64,000 nucleotides of DNA from an uncultured Owenweeksia sp. (GTDB taxonomy: Bacteria; Bacteroidota; Bacteroidia; Flavobacteriales; Schleiferiaceae), in contig CAZUCA010000009.1 of assembly GCA_964619125.1 (NCBI GenBank), positions 804 to 64,803 of the forward strand, read 5' to 3'. Every line of letters starts with the position of its first letter. Positions within the stretch are counted from its first letter, which is position 1. The translations under genes were made by a program, and so were the position numbers. Below are positions 18,822-28,101 of this stretch, piece after piece. Below the pieces are notes generated by a model. That model worked only from the letters and a program-made list of their open reading frames with translations. It was not told the DNA's origin and ran no database searches.

Positions 18822-19505
18822 TTAGCGTTCGTACTCTTCCTTTAGCACCCCGATATCCCTGATGAGGCGATCTACATCCTCTTTTGAAGTGCCGTCGTAA
18901 TAGCCGCGAATACGTTTGTTGGGATCAACCAACACAAAGTTTTCAGTGTGGATAAAGTCGGTTTCATCGCCTTTACCGCCCTCATCCAGTACGGCGAAAT
19001 ATGACTGGCGGGCCAGCTTGTAGATTTCTTTTTTCGGACCGGTAAGAAGCTGCCATTTACCATCAATGGCGCCCTGCAATTCGGCATATTCATGCAGTAC
19101 CGGCACCGAGTCTGCTACCGGGGTTACGCTGTGTGACAGGAGCACAAAATCGCTGTCGTCTTTAAACTCCTCCTGCAGGCGGCGCTTCTGGCCAGCCATA
19201 TCCTTACAGATACCAGGGCAGCTGGTAAAGAAAAAGTCGGCCACAAATATTTTTCCAGCCAGATCCTCTTCGCGAATAGTGTCGCCATTTTGATTGATCA
19301 ACTCAAAAGGGAGGATATGGTGATCACGTCCCTGGCGCTGCATACTTTCATCTACCAGGCGCTTGTCGAGGTCGCTGGGATTGTAAATGGGAAGTGCCGG
19401 TTTTGGCTTGAGTATAAAATAGCTTATAACCAGGCCTCCTACAAAGATTATGGCCAGGCCACTAATTTTCAGCCAATCGCTTGCGGTGATTTTCATAGCA
19501 GACAA
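18822..19505 (-). CDS. SCO1/SenC family copper chaperone
   Basis: FFFTSCPGIC (CxxxC), HSVTP, FIHTENFVLVD. Confidence 0.93.
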   Translation of the reverse strand: MSAMKITASDWLKISGLAIIFVGGLVISYFILKPKPALPIYNPSDLDKRLVDESMQRQGRDHHILPFELINQNGDTIREEDLAGKIFVADFFFTSCPGICKDMAGQKRRLQEEFKDDSDFVLLSHSVTPVADSVPVLHEYAELQGAIDGKWQLLTGPKKEIYKLARQSYFAVLDEGGKGDETDFIHTENFVLVDPNKRIRGYYDGTSKEDVDRLIRDIGVLKEEYER

Positions 19506-19565
19506 AGTTCGGTAAGGGAAGTTTAATAGAAAAAAATAGCGGCCACATTAGCGCCCTCCATTTCA

Positions 19566-19573
19566 TAGTTTTG
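19566..19573 (+). promoter_or_regulatory. -7 promoter element for the 159-aa lipoprotein
   Basis: TAGTTTTG, 16 nt upstream of the ATG. Confidence 0.5.
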
Positions 19574-19589
19574 CAATAAAGAATCATTT

Positions 19590-20069
19590 ATGAAGAAAAT
19601 AGTAATGTTATTAGCCTTGGTTGGAATTACCATGGCTTGCAACAATCAACCAGCCACCGACACCATCGAGGAAAAAGAGGAGAGCAGTGCCCTGAAAGCG
19701 ATGAAGGAGGAGATTATGAGCATTCACGATACCGCAATGCTAAGAATGACTACCTCTAAACGCCTGATGGCCGAACTTAAGGAAGCCTGGCAGACTGAAG
19801 TTGACTCTATGCCCTATCAGCAGGCCTATCGCAACTTACGACAGGCCAATGACGATATGATGGAGTGGATGCGCAACTTTGAATTACCGGAGGGCGATGA
19901 TGTAAAGGACGAAGAGCTGGAGGCTTACCTGCAGGAGGAACGCCGTGCCATTCAGGCGGTGGATCAAAATCTGAAGAAGGCGATTGAAGATGGGCAGGAA
20001 CTGGTAAAAATGGAAAATGCTGAGGCTGAGGAAACAGCCACAGAAGGCCACGAGGGGCACCAGCACTAA
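19590..20069 (+). CDS. Helical Met/His-rich lipoprotein, hypothetical
   Basis: Lipobox ITMAC; IMSIHDTAM and DDMMEWM motifs; C-terminal GHEGHQH. Confidence 0.7.
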   Translation: MKKIVMLLALVGITMACNNQPATDTIEEKEESSALKAMKEEIMSIHDTAMLRMTTSKRLMAELKEAWQTEVDSMPYQQAYRNLRQANDDMMEWMRNFELPEGDDVKDEELEAYLQEERRAIQAVDQNLKKAIEDGQELVKMENAEAEETATEGHEGHQH

Positions 20070-20115
20070 AAACGCCAGCTAAGCAGCATTGCAGTGCCAA
20101 GGGCGGGGTTGATGC

Positions 20116-20655
20116 TCAGCCCTTGCGCTGTTTATAAATAGGAACGGTAGAACAAGCCTCCCCAAACATGATACTTTTAGCCAGCGGCCGCAGCTTGCCT
20201 ACCAAACTCACATAGGCCTGGGGTGGTATCGGCAGGCTTCCACATCCCTTTATGATTAATCTTTGGCCCTCGTATTGGCTGAGGTCGACCCTGGCAATGG
20301 CTTCGTCAATCAGCAGGCTTTCCAGTCTCTCCGGGCTGCCATACACCACCTTTTTAGCAAAGGGTTGTAGTTCCACCGCCAGCAGCATATAGGCCCACTG
20401 AGGAATGATGGCGTCTTCCGAGCAGTCCAGCGACACGAAACAATCCTGGTACTGGCTCCAGTCGTGCTGCTTTACACTGGCGCGAAAATCCTTTTCGCGC
20501 AGTATTACTCCTTCAAAGAGCCAGGGGGCAATGTCGAGGTGGCGCCGCTCACCCCGGGGGTAGTAATCTTCCAGCGACAGGGTAATAAGGCCGCTGTTGG
20601 CCACCTTATTGGGGATCAGCTCTTCGCCGTTATCGATAGGGGGAATATTACTCAT
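20116..20655 (-). CDS. DUF2480 family protein
   Basis: NKVANSGLITLSLEDYYP, DAIIPQWAYML, IKGCG, MFGEACSTVP; last gene of the suf operon. Confidence 0.85.
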   Translation of the reverse strand: MSNIPPIDNGEELIPNKVANSGLITLSLEDYYPRGERRHLDIAPWLFEGVILREKDFRASVKQHDWSQYQDCFVSLDCSEDAIIPQWAYMLLAVELQPFAKKVVYGSPERLESLLIDEAIARVDLSQYEGQRLIIKGCGSLPIPPQAYVSLVGKLRPLAKSIMFGEACSTVPIYKQRKG

Positions 20656-20694
20656 TGCGATTTCAGGTTTCAGTGCAAAATATAGGGTCGGGAT

Positions 20695-21015
20695 TTACAG
20701 GAAGCCCAGCTCGAGTTTTGCTTCTTCGCTCATCATCTCCTTGTCCCAGGGGGGATCAAAGGTGAGTTCTACATCTACATCCTTTACATCTTTTACGCTG
20801 AGCGCGCGCTCACGCACTTCCTCGGGCAGTGATTCCGCTACCGGGCAGTTGGGCGATGTAAGTGTCATCAGGATTTTCACGTCGAGATCGGTGCTTACCT
20901 GCACATCGTAAATCAATCCCAGCTCATAAATATTTACCGGGATTTCGGGGTCATATATACTGCGGAGAACATCTACCACCTGTTCCCCCAGGGCTTGTAA
21001 TTCTGCGTCTGTCAT
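20695..21015 (-). CDS. sufT: DUF59/SufT Fe-S assembly protein
   Basis: DPEIPVNIYELGLIYDV, MTLTSPNCP, FDPPW. Confidence 0.9.
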   Translation of the reverse strand: MTDAELQALGEQVVDVLRSIYDPEIPVNIYELGLIYDVQVSTDLDVKILMTLTSPNCPVAESLPEEVRERALSVKDVKDVDVELTFDPPWDKEMMSEEAKLELGFL

Positions 21016-21022
21016 TTCTTTA

Positions 21023-21043
21023 GTTCAAAGTTCAAGGTTCAAG
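21023..21043 (+). repeat. Heptamer array GTTCAAA-GTTCAAG-GTTCAAG
   Basis: Read directly; same unit as the arms flanking the four-helix-bundle gene. Confidence 0.75.
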
Positions 21044-21089
21044 CTTTGGCATACAACTTCCGCCAGGCCTGTTAACTTTATCATCCATA

Positions 21090-21506
21090 TTACCTGGCCT
21101 GCATGGCCAGGGCGTAGTATTTCATTTGTTTTACCATGCTGGCCAGGCCGTTGGCCCGGGTAGGGCTAAGGTGTTCTTTCAAACCTATCTGATCGATAAA
21201 GCTCATGTCAGCTGCAACGATGTCTTTAGGTTTCTGGCCGCTCAGTACTCTTATCATCAGGGCGATCAGACCCTTGGTAAGAATGGCATCACTATCAGCG
21301 GTATACAGTACTTTTTCACCGTCATTCTCGGCGTGCAGCCACACCTGGCTCTGGCAACCTTTAATCAGGTTTTCCTCCTTTTTGTACTGTTCGTCAATAA
21401 GGGGCAAATCCTTACCCAGCTCTATCAGGTATTCATACTTCTGCATCCAGTCGTCAAACATGCTAAACTCGTCTACGATGTCTTGCTGAATCTCTGCTAT
21501 CTTCAT
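21090..21506 (-). CDS. sufE: SufE sulfur acceptor
   Basis: IKGCQSQVWL, ADSDA, LSPTRANGL. Start at ATG 21506. Confidence 0.93.
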   Translation of the reverse strand: MKIAEIQQDIVDEFSMFDDWMQKYEYLIELGKDLPLIDEQYKKEENLIKGCQSQVWLHAENDGEKVLYTADSDAILTKGLIALMIRVLSGQKPKDIVAADMSFIDQIGLKEHLSPTRANGLASMVKQMKYYALAMQAR

Positions 21507-21568
21507 GCTATTCAATTCGAATATTGCTGGCGGTGGTTAAATTGCCTTGCTGAGCCCTGGCATCAGCA

Positions 21569-22810
21569 TTACCCCAGCATTTGTTCTACTTTTTTTAAGC
21601 CGTCAACCAGGCGGTCAATTTCTTCCCTGCTATTGTAAAAAGCAAAGCTGGCCCGCACGGTACCGGGTATGCCAAAGCGTTCCATAATAGGTTGGGTACA
21701 GTGGTGACCGGTGCGCACGGCTATACCCAGTTTATCCAAAATCATTCCGGCATCGTAGGGGTGAATATCGCCCAGCAAAAAGCTGATCACGCTGGCCTTA
21801 TCGGCGGCGGTACCCACGATGCGCATATTATCAAATTCCAGCAAGCGCTCAGTGCCATACTTCAGCAGCTCGTGCTCATAGGCGGCAATATTATCCAGAC
21901 CCAGCTGGTTGAGGTATTCGATAGCTGTACCCAGTACTATACCCCCGGCAATATTTGGGGTGCCGGCTTCAAATTTATGGGGCAGATCGGCGTAGGTAGT
22001 CTTTTCAAAAGTCACCGTTTTGATCATTTCACCACCACCCTGATAGGGAGGCAGCTCCTCCAGCAGTTTTTCCTTGCCATAGAGGATGCCCGTACCGGTA
22101 GGTCCAAAGGCCTTGTGTCCGCTGAACACATAAAAATCGGCATTGAGATCCTGTACATCCACTTTCATATGGGGAATGGCCTGGGCGCCATCAATAAGCA
22201 CTAGCGCTCCCACCGCATGGGCTTGGGCTACCATTTCCTTTACGGGGTTTATAGTTCCCAAGGCATTAGAAACGTGGTTAAAGGCCACCACTTTGGTTTT
22301 TTCATTCAGGAGCTTGCTATACTCCTCTTGTACCAGTTCGCCGGCGTCATTGATGGGAATTATGCGCAAGCTGGCGCCCGTCCTTTCGCAGAGCATCTGC
22401 CAGGGCACAATATTGCTGTGATGTTCCAGGGCTGAAATAATCACTTCATCACCGGCTTTTACCATTCCCTGGGCCAGGCCGGCGGTTACGGTGTTGATGC
22501 CATCGGTGGTGCCTTTGGTGAAGAGCACCTCATGGATATACTCCGCATTAATATGTTTCCGTACTATTTCACGGCTTTTTTCGTAGGCATCGGTGGCCTG
22601 CTGGCTGAGGGTGTGTACGCCGCGATGGATATTGCTGTTGTAGCTTCCGTAATACTTACTGAGGGCGTTAATAACCACCTGCGGCTTTTGGGCAGTGGCG
22701 GCATTATCAAAATACACCAGGGGTTGACCATTTAGCTGCTGATGAAGGATAGGGAAGTCCTTCCGAATAGCTTCAATATCCCATACTGCCTGCTTCACTT
22801 CCGTCATCAT
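21569..22810 (-). CDS. sufS: SufS cysteine desulfurase
   Basis: YFDNAAT, FSGHK (PLP lysine), RTGHHC, EAGTPNI. Start at ATG 22810 or 22807. Confidence 0.95.
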   Translation of the reverse strand: MMTEVKQAVWDIEAIRKDFPILHQQLNGQPLVYFDNAATAQKPQVVINALSKYYGSYNSNIHRGVHTLSQQATDAYEKSREIVRKHINAEYIHEVLFTKGTTDGINTVTAGLAQGMVKAGDEVIISALEHHSNIVPWQMLCERTGASLRIIPINDAGELVQEEYSKLLNEKTKVVAFNHVSNALGTINPVKEMVAQAHAVGALVLIDGAQAIPHMKVDVQDLNADFYVFSGHKAFGPTGTGILYGKEKLLEELPPYQGGGEMIKTVTFEKTTYADLPHKFEAGTPNIAGGIVLGTAIEYLNQLGLDNIAAYEHELLKYGTERLLEFDNMRIVGTAADKASVISFLLGDIHPYDAGMILDKLGIAVRTGHHCTQPIMERFGIPGTVRASFAFYNSREEIDRLVDGLKKVEQMLG

Positions 22811-22815
22811 TTCAC

Positions 22816-23514
22816 TTATTTTCCAATCAGTTTTTTGGTACCAAGCCATAGCTTGCGAAACAAGCCATTGGGGTTTTCGTACATGTGCATGGTGGTGTGG
22901 TGGCGCAGCATGCTGCGGGTGTTGTAAAACTCGCGGAAGTGCATGCCGTCGCGATCGTCATGCCCCACCTTTTGAAACATGGCCATATTGCGGTTAGCTA
23001 TACTCACCTGGCGATAATCTTTGCGGTTTTTGCGGATAAACTGCAACACCAGTTCAGTACTGCGCATCCAGGTGTCGTGAAAGAGCAGGTATCCTTCCTC
23101 CGCAACCAGAAAATCGGCGTAATAAAAGTCTACAAAAATGCCGTCAAACTTGTGATCACCATCGATAAAGATAAAGTCAAACTGTCTTTTATCCTTTACC
23201 ATCTGTGGCAGCACGTTATGCGAAAAGTCGCGGATAAGGGTAAGCTTGTTCCCGTATCCCAGCTTATCAATATTATGCACCCCCAGGTTGTCGTAATGTT
23301 CCTGAAAGGGATCAATAGCCACATGTGGCCCTCCGGTGGCAGCCATTATATGCGAGGCGGAACGACCGTAGGCAAAGCCTATTTCGAGAGTGCTTTTTAG
23401 GCCTTTTTCACGGATAAAGTCGAATATGGTTTTGGCCTCCTCAGGCTTTACCGGGGTGGTGCTGTTTTCACCCGGCACCTCCAGGGCATCATTGATCGCT
23501 TGCAAATCTTTCAT
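22816..23514 (-). CDS. Class I SAM-dependent methyltransferase (Methyltransf_24-like) inserted between sufD and sufS
   Basis: TLEIGFAYGRS motif I, FDFIFIDGDH, LLFHDT. Confidence 0.85.
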   Translation of the reverse strand: MKDLQAINDALEVPGENSTTPVKPEEAKTIFDFIREKGLKSTLEIGFAYGRSASHIMAATGGPHVAIDPFQEHYDNLGVHNIDKLGYGNKLTLIRDFSHNVLPQMVKDKRQFDFIFIDGDHKFDGIFVDFYYADFLVAEEGYLLFHDTWMRSTELVLQFIRKNRKDYRQVSIANRNMAMFQKVGHDDRDGMHFREFYNTRSMLRHHTTMHMYENPNGLFRKLWLGTKKLIGK

Positions 23515-23528
23515 GATAGGCGAACCTC

Positions 23529-24848
23529 CTAAAGTTCAAAATCCAGGTTTACATTCAGTTTCTGGGCAATCTGCCGGTTGAGCTTTTTGCGCAGCTCGGC
23601 GATTTTCACATTGCGCAGGCCGTCATTGGCAAAGGCATACAACAAAAGGGCCTGGGCTTCCTTTTTGGGAATGCCACGTGCCTGCATATAAAACATGGCA
23701 TCCTCTTCCAACTGACCTATGGTACAGCCGTGTGAGCATTGCACATCGTCGGCATAAATCTCCAGCTGCGGCTTGGTATCTACCGAAGCCTTGTCGGTGA
23801 GCAATACGTTGTTGTTTTGCTGAAAGGCATTGGTCTTCTGAGCGTGGGGGTGCACCATCACTTTGCCGTTGAACACACCGTGAGCATTGCCATCGAGAAT
23901 GGTTTTATAAAGCTCATTACTATAGCAGTTGGCCGGCTTGTGGTCGGCCAGGGTGTGGTGATCCACCGTTTGACCATCACCAATTATGGTGATGCCATCC
24001 ATAAAGGTTTCGGTATGCTCTTCCTTTAAAAAGAAGTTGAGGTTATTGCGGATGAACTTGTTGCCAAAGGAAAAGGTGCCTACCGATACATAGCTACCGC
24101 CAAATTGCTGCACCGAAGTGTTGTCAATCAGCGAAGCCTCATGGTTGTCATTCTGAATTTTGTAGTAATTCAGGCGGGCGTTGCGCTCGGCAAATACCTC
24201 GGTGGCGCTGTTGGTAAGTACCGGCATGGCACTGAGTGACTGATGGCGCTCCACCAGGGTTACCTCGGCATTTTCTTCCACTACCACCAGGTTGCGGGGC
24301 TGAAACATGGCTTCGTGCTCCTGTTCAGTGGTAAAGAAGATAATTTCCACCGGCTTTTCCACCACCTGATTTTTGCGAATGCGGATAAAAGCGCCCTCGC
24401 GTGCAAAGGCGGTATTGATAGCGGCCAGGGATTCATTTTGCGGCAAAGCCTTGTTGAAGTACTTTTCGGCCACGTCCGGAAAGCGGTTCAGCATGGCGCT
24501 GAAGGTGCAGATGTCAAATTTCTCGTGGGTGGTTTCGCTCAGCCAGGAGCTGAAGGCACCATCTACGAACACCAGCTTATAGGTGTCTACATCATTGAGA
24601 AAATAGCGCTTTACATCCTTGTAGTCGATGCCGTGCTCACCGTGGTGAAAAATGCGGTAATCGTGCTTGAGAATAGGCTTGAGATTGGTGTATTTCCACT
24701 CCTCGTCCCGCTTGCTGGGGAAGCCCATTTTTTCGAAGGTCTTAAAAGCTTCCTGCCGCACCCGGTGTACCGGCGTTTTGGCCTGGCCGTTAAGCTCGTT
24801 CTCAAAAACGATAAAGGATGATTCTAATTTATCTTTAAGTTGATCCAC
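23529..24848 (-). CDS. sufD: SufD Fe-S assembly protein
   Basis: EEWKYT, KPQLEIYADDVQCSHG, YMQARGI. GTG start. Confidence 0.95.
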   Translation of the reverse strand: MDQLKDKLESSFIVFENELNGQAKTPVHRVRQEAFKTFEKMGFPSKRDEEWKYTNLKPILKHDYRIFHHGEHGIDYKDVKRYFLNDVDTYKLVFVDGAFSSWLSETTHEKFDICTFSAMLNRFPDVAEKYFNKALPQNESLAAINTAFAREGAFIRIRKNQVVEKPVEIIFFTTEQEHEAMFQPRNLVVVEENAEVTLVERHQSLSAMPVLTNSATEVFAERNARLNYYKIQNDNHEASLIDNTSVQQFGGSYVSVGTFSFGNKFIRNNLNFFLKEEHTETFMDGITIIGDGQTVDHHTLADHKPANCYSNELYKTILDGNAHGVFNGKVMVHPHAQKTNAFQQNNNVLLTDKASVDTKPQLEIYADDVQCSHGCTIGQLEEDAMFYMQARGIPKKEAQALLLYAFANDGLRNVKIAELRKKLNRQIAQKLNVNLDFEL

Positions 24849-24871
24849 TTCAGCTTAAAATTTTAAGTGAT

Positions 24872-25627
24872 TTAAAGGGCGCTGGCGTCTTCCTTCAGCC
24901 AGTCGTAACCTTTTTCTTCCAGTTCCAGGGCCAGGCTCTTATCGCCTGACTTCACAATCCTGCCATTTTGCAGCACGTGCACATAATCAGGGGTAATATA
25001 GTTGAGCAGGCGCTGGTAGTGGGTAATAAGCAATACCGCATTGTTCTTGGTTTTGAGCTTATTCACCCCATTGGCTACAATGCGCAGGGCGTCGATGTCG
25101 AGACCGGAGTCGGTTTCGTCAAGAATGGCCAGTTTGGGTTCCAGCATCGCCATCTGGAAGATTTCGTTGCGCTTTTTCTCGCCTCCTGAAAATCCTTCAT
25201 TCAGCGAGCGGCTAAGAAAAGACTTGTCCATTTCCAACAGGCTCATCTTCTCGCGCATCTTCTTCAGCATCTCATTGGCCTTCATGGGCTCCATCCCTTG
25301 CGCCTTACGGGTTTCGTTAATGGCGGTTTTCAGGAAGTTGGTCACCGTAACCCCGGGAATCTCCACCGGGTACTGGAAGGAAAGGAAAATACCCTTATGA
25401 GCACGCTCATCCGGCTCGAGGTCGGACAGGTCCTCACCTTCAAAATCCATATGGCCCTGGGTGATGTCATAGTCTTCGCGCCCGGCAATTACAGATGACA
25501 GGGTACTCTTACCCGATCCATTGGGCCCCATTATAGCGTGCACTTCACCCGGCTTGATCTCCAGGTCAATTCCTTTCAAAATTTCGTTACCGTCGATCCC
25601 GGCATGCAGGTTTGAGATTTTTAACAT
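24872..25627 (-). CDS. sufC: SufC ABC ATPase
   Basis: [31 protein letters not shown]. Start at ATG 25627. Confidence 0.96.
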   Translation of the reverse strand: MLKISNLHAGIDGNEILKGIDLEIKPGEVHAIMGPNGSGKSTLSSVIAGREDYDITQGHMDFEGEDLSDLEPDERAHKGIFLSFQYPVEIPGVTVTNFLKTAINETRKAQGMEPMKANEMLKKMREKMSLLEMDKSFLSRSLNEGFSGGEKKRNEIFQMAMLEPKLAILDETDSGLDIDALRIVANGVNKLKTKNNAVLLITHYQRLLNYITPDYVHVLQNGRIVKSGDKSLALELEEKGYDWLKEDASAL

Positions 25628-25632
25628 TCTTT

Positions 25633-26113
25633 GGTTCAATGTTTAATGTTCAATGTTTAAAGTGAACTATCATTGCTGTAATCGGCAGAAGGCTCCATAA
25701 ATTTCCATCCCTTCTGATCAGATTGACTCAGATAGTTCATCAGCGTGCTAATTCCCCTGCCTAGATTTTCGCAGGCGGTACGCTGGCTATTTAGTTCTTC
25801 TTCATTAATATATCCCCTGTCGTACATCCGGTACAACTGGGAGCGAAACTCTCCGGCCGAGGCCTTGGCGACCGAAAGAAATTGAATGAACTCCTTATTA
25901 CCGTTGCGCTCAAAGCCCTCAGCAATATTGTCCATGGCAGAGCCGCTTGATGCATCTGCCTGGTTCTTCAGCTTAAAGTCAAATTTCAGCTCGGTGGCTA
26001 GTACAACAGTTTGAAACCATCTGCAAATCTCCCTGGCCTGTTGCCAGATTCTGAGATCCTCAAATCGTTCTACTGATGCCATACCTTGAGCTTTGAACTT
26101 TAAACCTTGAACC
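25633..26113 (-). mobile_element. Putative IVS-like cassette: four-helix-bundle gene bounded by heptamer-built inverted repeats
   Basis: 25633-25662 GGTTCAATGTTTAATGTTCAATGTTTAAAG versus the reverse complement of 26084-26113 GGTTCAAGGTTTAAAGTTCAAAGCTCAAGG: 24/30 identical. No transposase or target duplication seen, so mobility is inferred. Confidence 0.5.
25657..26082 (-). CDS. Four-helix-bundle protein (23S rRNA intervening-sequence protein family)
   Basis: RFEDLRIWQ, Q...S..S..NIAEGFER, EFIQFLSVAKASAGEFRSQL. Start at ATG 26082. Confidence 0.92.
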   Translation of the reverse strand: MASVERFEDLRIWQQAREICRWFQTVVLATELKFDFKLKNQADASSGSAMDNIAEGFERNGNKEFIQFLSVAKASAGEFRSQLYRMYDRGYINEEELNSQRTACENLGRGISTLMNYLSQSDQKGWKFMEPSADYSNDSSL

Positions 26114-26120
26114 ACTTACT

Positions 26121-27563
26121 CTATCCTACCGATCCCTCTAAACTGATGGCCAATAGCTTTTGGGCTTCCACCGCAAATTCCATTGGCAGCTGGTTAAGAA
26201 CGTCCTTGCAGTATCCGTTTACGATCAGGGCAATGGCTTCCTCCTCGCCGATACCGCGTTGATTGCAGTAAAAAATCTGGTCTTCGCCAATTTTGCTGGT
26301 GGTGGCTTCGTGCTCCACCATGGCTGATTTGTTTTTGGTTTCGATGTAGGGAAAGGTGTGGGAGCCGCAGCTGCTGCCCATCAGCAGGGAGTCGCACTGC
26401 GAGAAGTTGCGCGCATTTTCGGCGCGGGGACCAATCCTTACCAGGCCACGGTAGCTACCGTTACTCTTACCGGCGCAGATACCCTTACTAATAATGGTAC
26501 TCTTGGTGTTCTTGCCCAGGTGAATCATTTTAGTACCGGTGTCGGCCTGCTGGTAATTGTTGGTTACAGCCACCGAATAAAACTCACCGATGGAGTTTTC
26601 ACCTTTCAGAATGCAGCTGGGGTATTTCCAGGTTACCGCGGAGCCGGTTTCCACCTGGGTCCAGCTGATCTTGGCATTGCGCTCGCAAATACCGCGCTTG
26701 GTTACGAAGTTGAAAACCCCGCCCTTGCCGTTTTTATCACCGGGATACCAGTTTTGTACGGTTGAATACTTGATTTCGGCATCGTCGAGGGCTACCAGCT
26801 CCACCACGGCAGCGTGCAGTTGATTTTCGTCGCGGGTAGGGGCGGTACAACCTTCCAGGTAGCTTACGTAGCTGCCCTCATCGGCCACCACCAGGGTGCG
26901 CTCAAACTGGCCGGTTCCGGCTTCGTTAATACGGAAATAGGTGCTGAGCTCCATCGGGCAGCGTACCCCTTTTGGGATGTAGCAAAAAGAACCATCGGTA
27001 AATACCGCCGAGTTGAGGGCCGCGTAGTAATTATCAGTTTTGGGAACCACTGTACCCAGGTACTTGCGCACCAGCTCCGGGTGTTCCTGAATGGCTTCTG
27101 AGATAGAGCAGAAAATAATGCCTTTCTCGGCCAGGGCCTTCTTAAAAGTGGTTTTCACTGAAACCGAGTCTACCACCACGTCCATAGCCACGCCGGTAAG
27201 TCGCTTTTGCTCTTCCACCGAAATTCCAAGTTTTTTGAAAGTGTCCAGCAGCTCGGGATCCACCTCATCGAGGCTGTCGAGCTGTTTCTTTTGCTTGGGA
27301 GCGGAGTAATAGGAGATGGCCTGCAGATCGGGCTCGGGGTAGGTGACATTAGGCCACTTGGGCTCGGTCATTTTCTGAAACTGTCGAAAGGCCTCCAGTC
27401 GCCATTCAGTGAGCCACTCCGGTTCATTCTTCTTGGCCGAGATAAAACGGATGGTCTCCTCATTTAGCCCGGGAGGGGCTTTGTCTGCTTCAATATTGGT
27501 GTAGAAGCCATATTTATATTCCGATCCGGTTACTTCTTCCAGTAACTGCTCTTCGCTCTTCAT
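26121..27563 (-). CDS. sufB: SufB Fe-S assembly protein
   Basis: [34 protein letters not shown]-like, HEATTSKI. Confidence 0.97.
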   Translation of the reverse strand: MKSEEQLLEEVTGSEYKYGFYTNIEADKAPPGLNEETIRFISAKKNEPEWLTEWRLEAFRQFQKMTEPKWPNVTYPEPDLQAISYYSAPKQKKQLDSLDEVDPELLDTFKKLGISVEEQKRLTGVAMDVVVDSVSVKTTFKKALAEKGIIFCSISEAIQEHPELVRKYLGTVVPKTDNYYAALNSAVFTDGSFCYIPKGVRCPMELSTYFRINEAGTGQFERTLVVADEGSYVSYLEGCTAPTRDENQLHAAVVELVALDDAEIKYSTVQNWYPGDKNGKGGVFNFVTKRGICERNAKISWTQVETGSAVTWKYPSCILKGENSIGEFYSVAVTNNYQQADTGTKMIHLGKNTKSTIISKGICAGKSNGSYRGLVRIGPRAENARNFSQCDSLLMGSSCGSHTFPYIETKNKSAMVEHEATTSKIGEDQIFYCNQRGIGEEEAIALIVNGYCKDVLNQLPMEFAVEAQKLLAISLEGSVG

Positions 27564-27580
27564 AAAGTCGTATTAGGGAA

Positions 27581-27910
27581 TTATACCGCAAAGCTCTCAC
27601 CACAGCCACAGGTGCGGGAAGCATTGGGGTTATTAAAACTAAATCCTTTGCCATTGAGGCCTCCCTGGTATTCGAGGGTGGTCCCTACCAGATACAGAAA
27701 GCTGCGCTTATCCACTAAAATGCGTACACCGCTATCCTCAAACATCTTATCGGTCTCCTTCATATTGGTATCCACGTCGAGATTGTACGACAAGCCGCTA
27801 CAGCCTCCGCTGGTCACGCCTACACGGATGTACGACTCAGCGAGCTGATGGCCTTCCTCTTGCAGCAGGGCCTCCAGTTTCTTTCGCGCTGATTCAGAAA
27901 CCTTTATCAT
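27581..27910 (-). CDS. sufA: HesB/IscA/SufA A-type Fe-S carrier
   Basis: GGCSGLSY and C-terminal TCGCGESF. Confidence 0.93.
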   Translation of the reverse strand: MIKVSESARKKLEALLQEEGHQLAESYIRVGVTSGGCSGLSYNLDVDTNMKETDKMFEDSGVRILVDKRSFLYLVGTTLEYQGGLNGKGFSFNNPNASRTCGCGESFAV

Positions 27911-27913
27911 CTT

Positions 27914-27945
27914 ATTTGGAATTAATTTAAATTAATGCAAAGGTA
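27914..27945 (-). promoter_or_regulatory. suf operon -7 element plus an overlapping Fur-like or palindromic operator
   Basis: TACCTTTG at 27938-27945; ATTTGGAAT-T-AATTTAAAT at 27914-27932; perfect palindrome ATTAATTTAAATTAAT at 27921-27936. Confidence 0.5.
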
Positions 27946-28101
27946 TGAAAGAAAGAGCATCCTGAAAATCCGGAGAAAAATATCCTGATATACCTATAGC
28001 AGCCCTTTATAAGTTCGCTGTCTTCCCCTTAAAAAACTACGGGTACAACGGCTCGGGGAATAGTTATATTTTTGGCTAGACCAACCCCATAACCTATAAT
28101 T

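Noticed and set aside
26083-26115. N-terminal extension MVQGLKFKAQG of the four-helix protein in the ORF track
   Set aside because: It is the translated heptamer array; family alignment favours ATG 26082. Similar over-extended starts were trimmed for nbaC, ACMSD, AKR, luxR1, sufS, sufC, sdhC, the nitrilase and the flippase-like gene.
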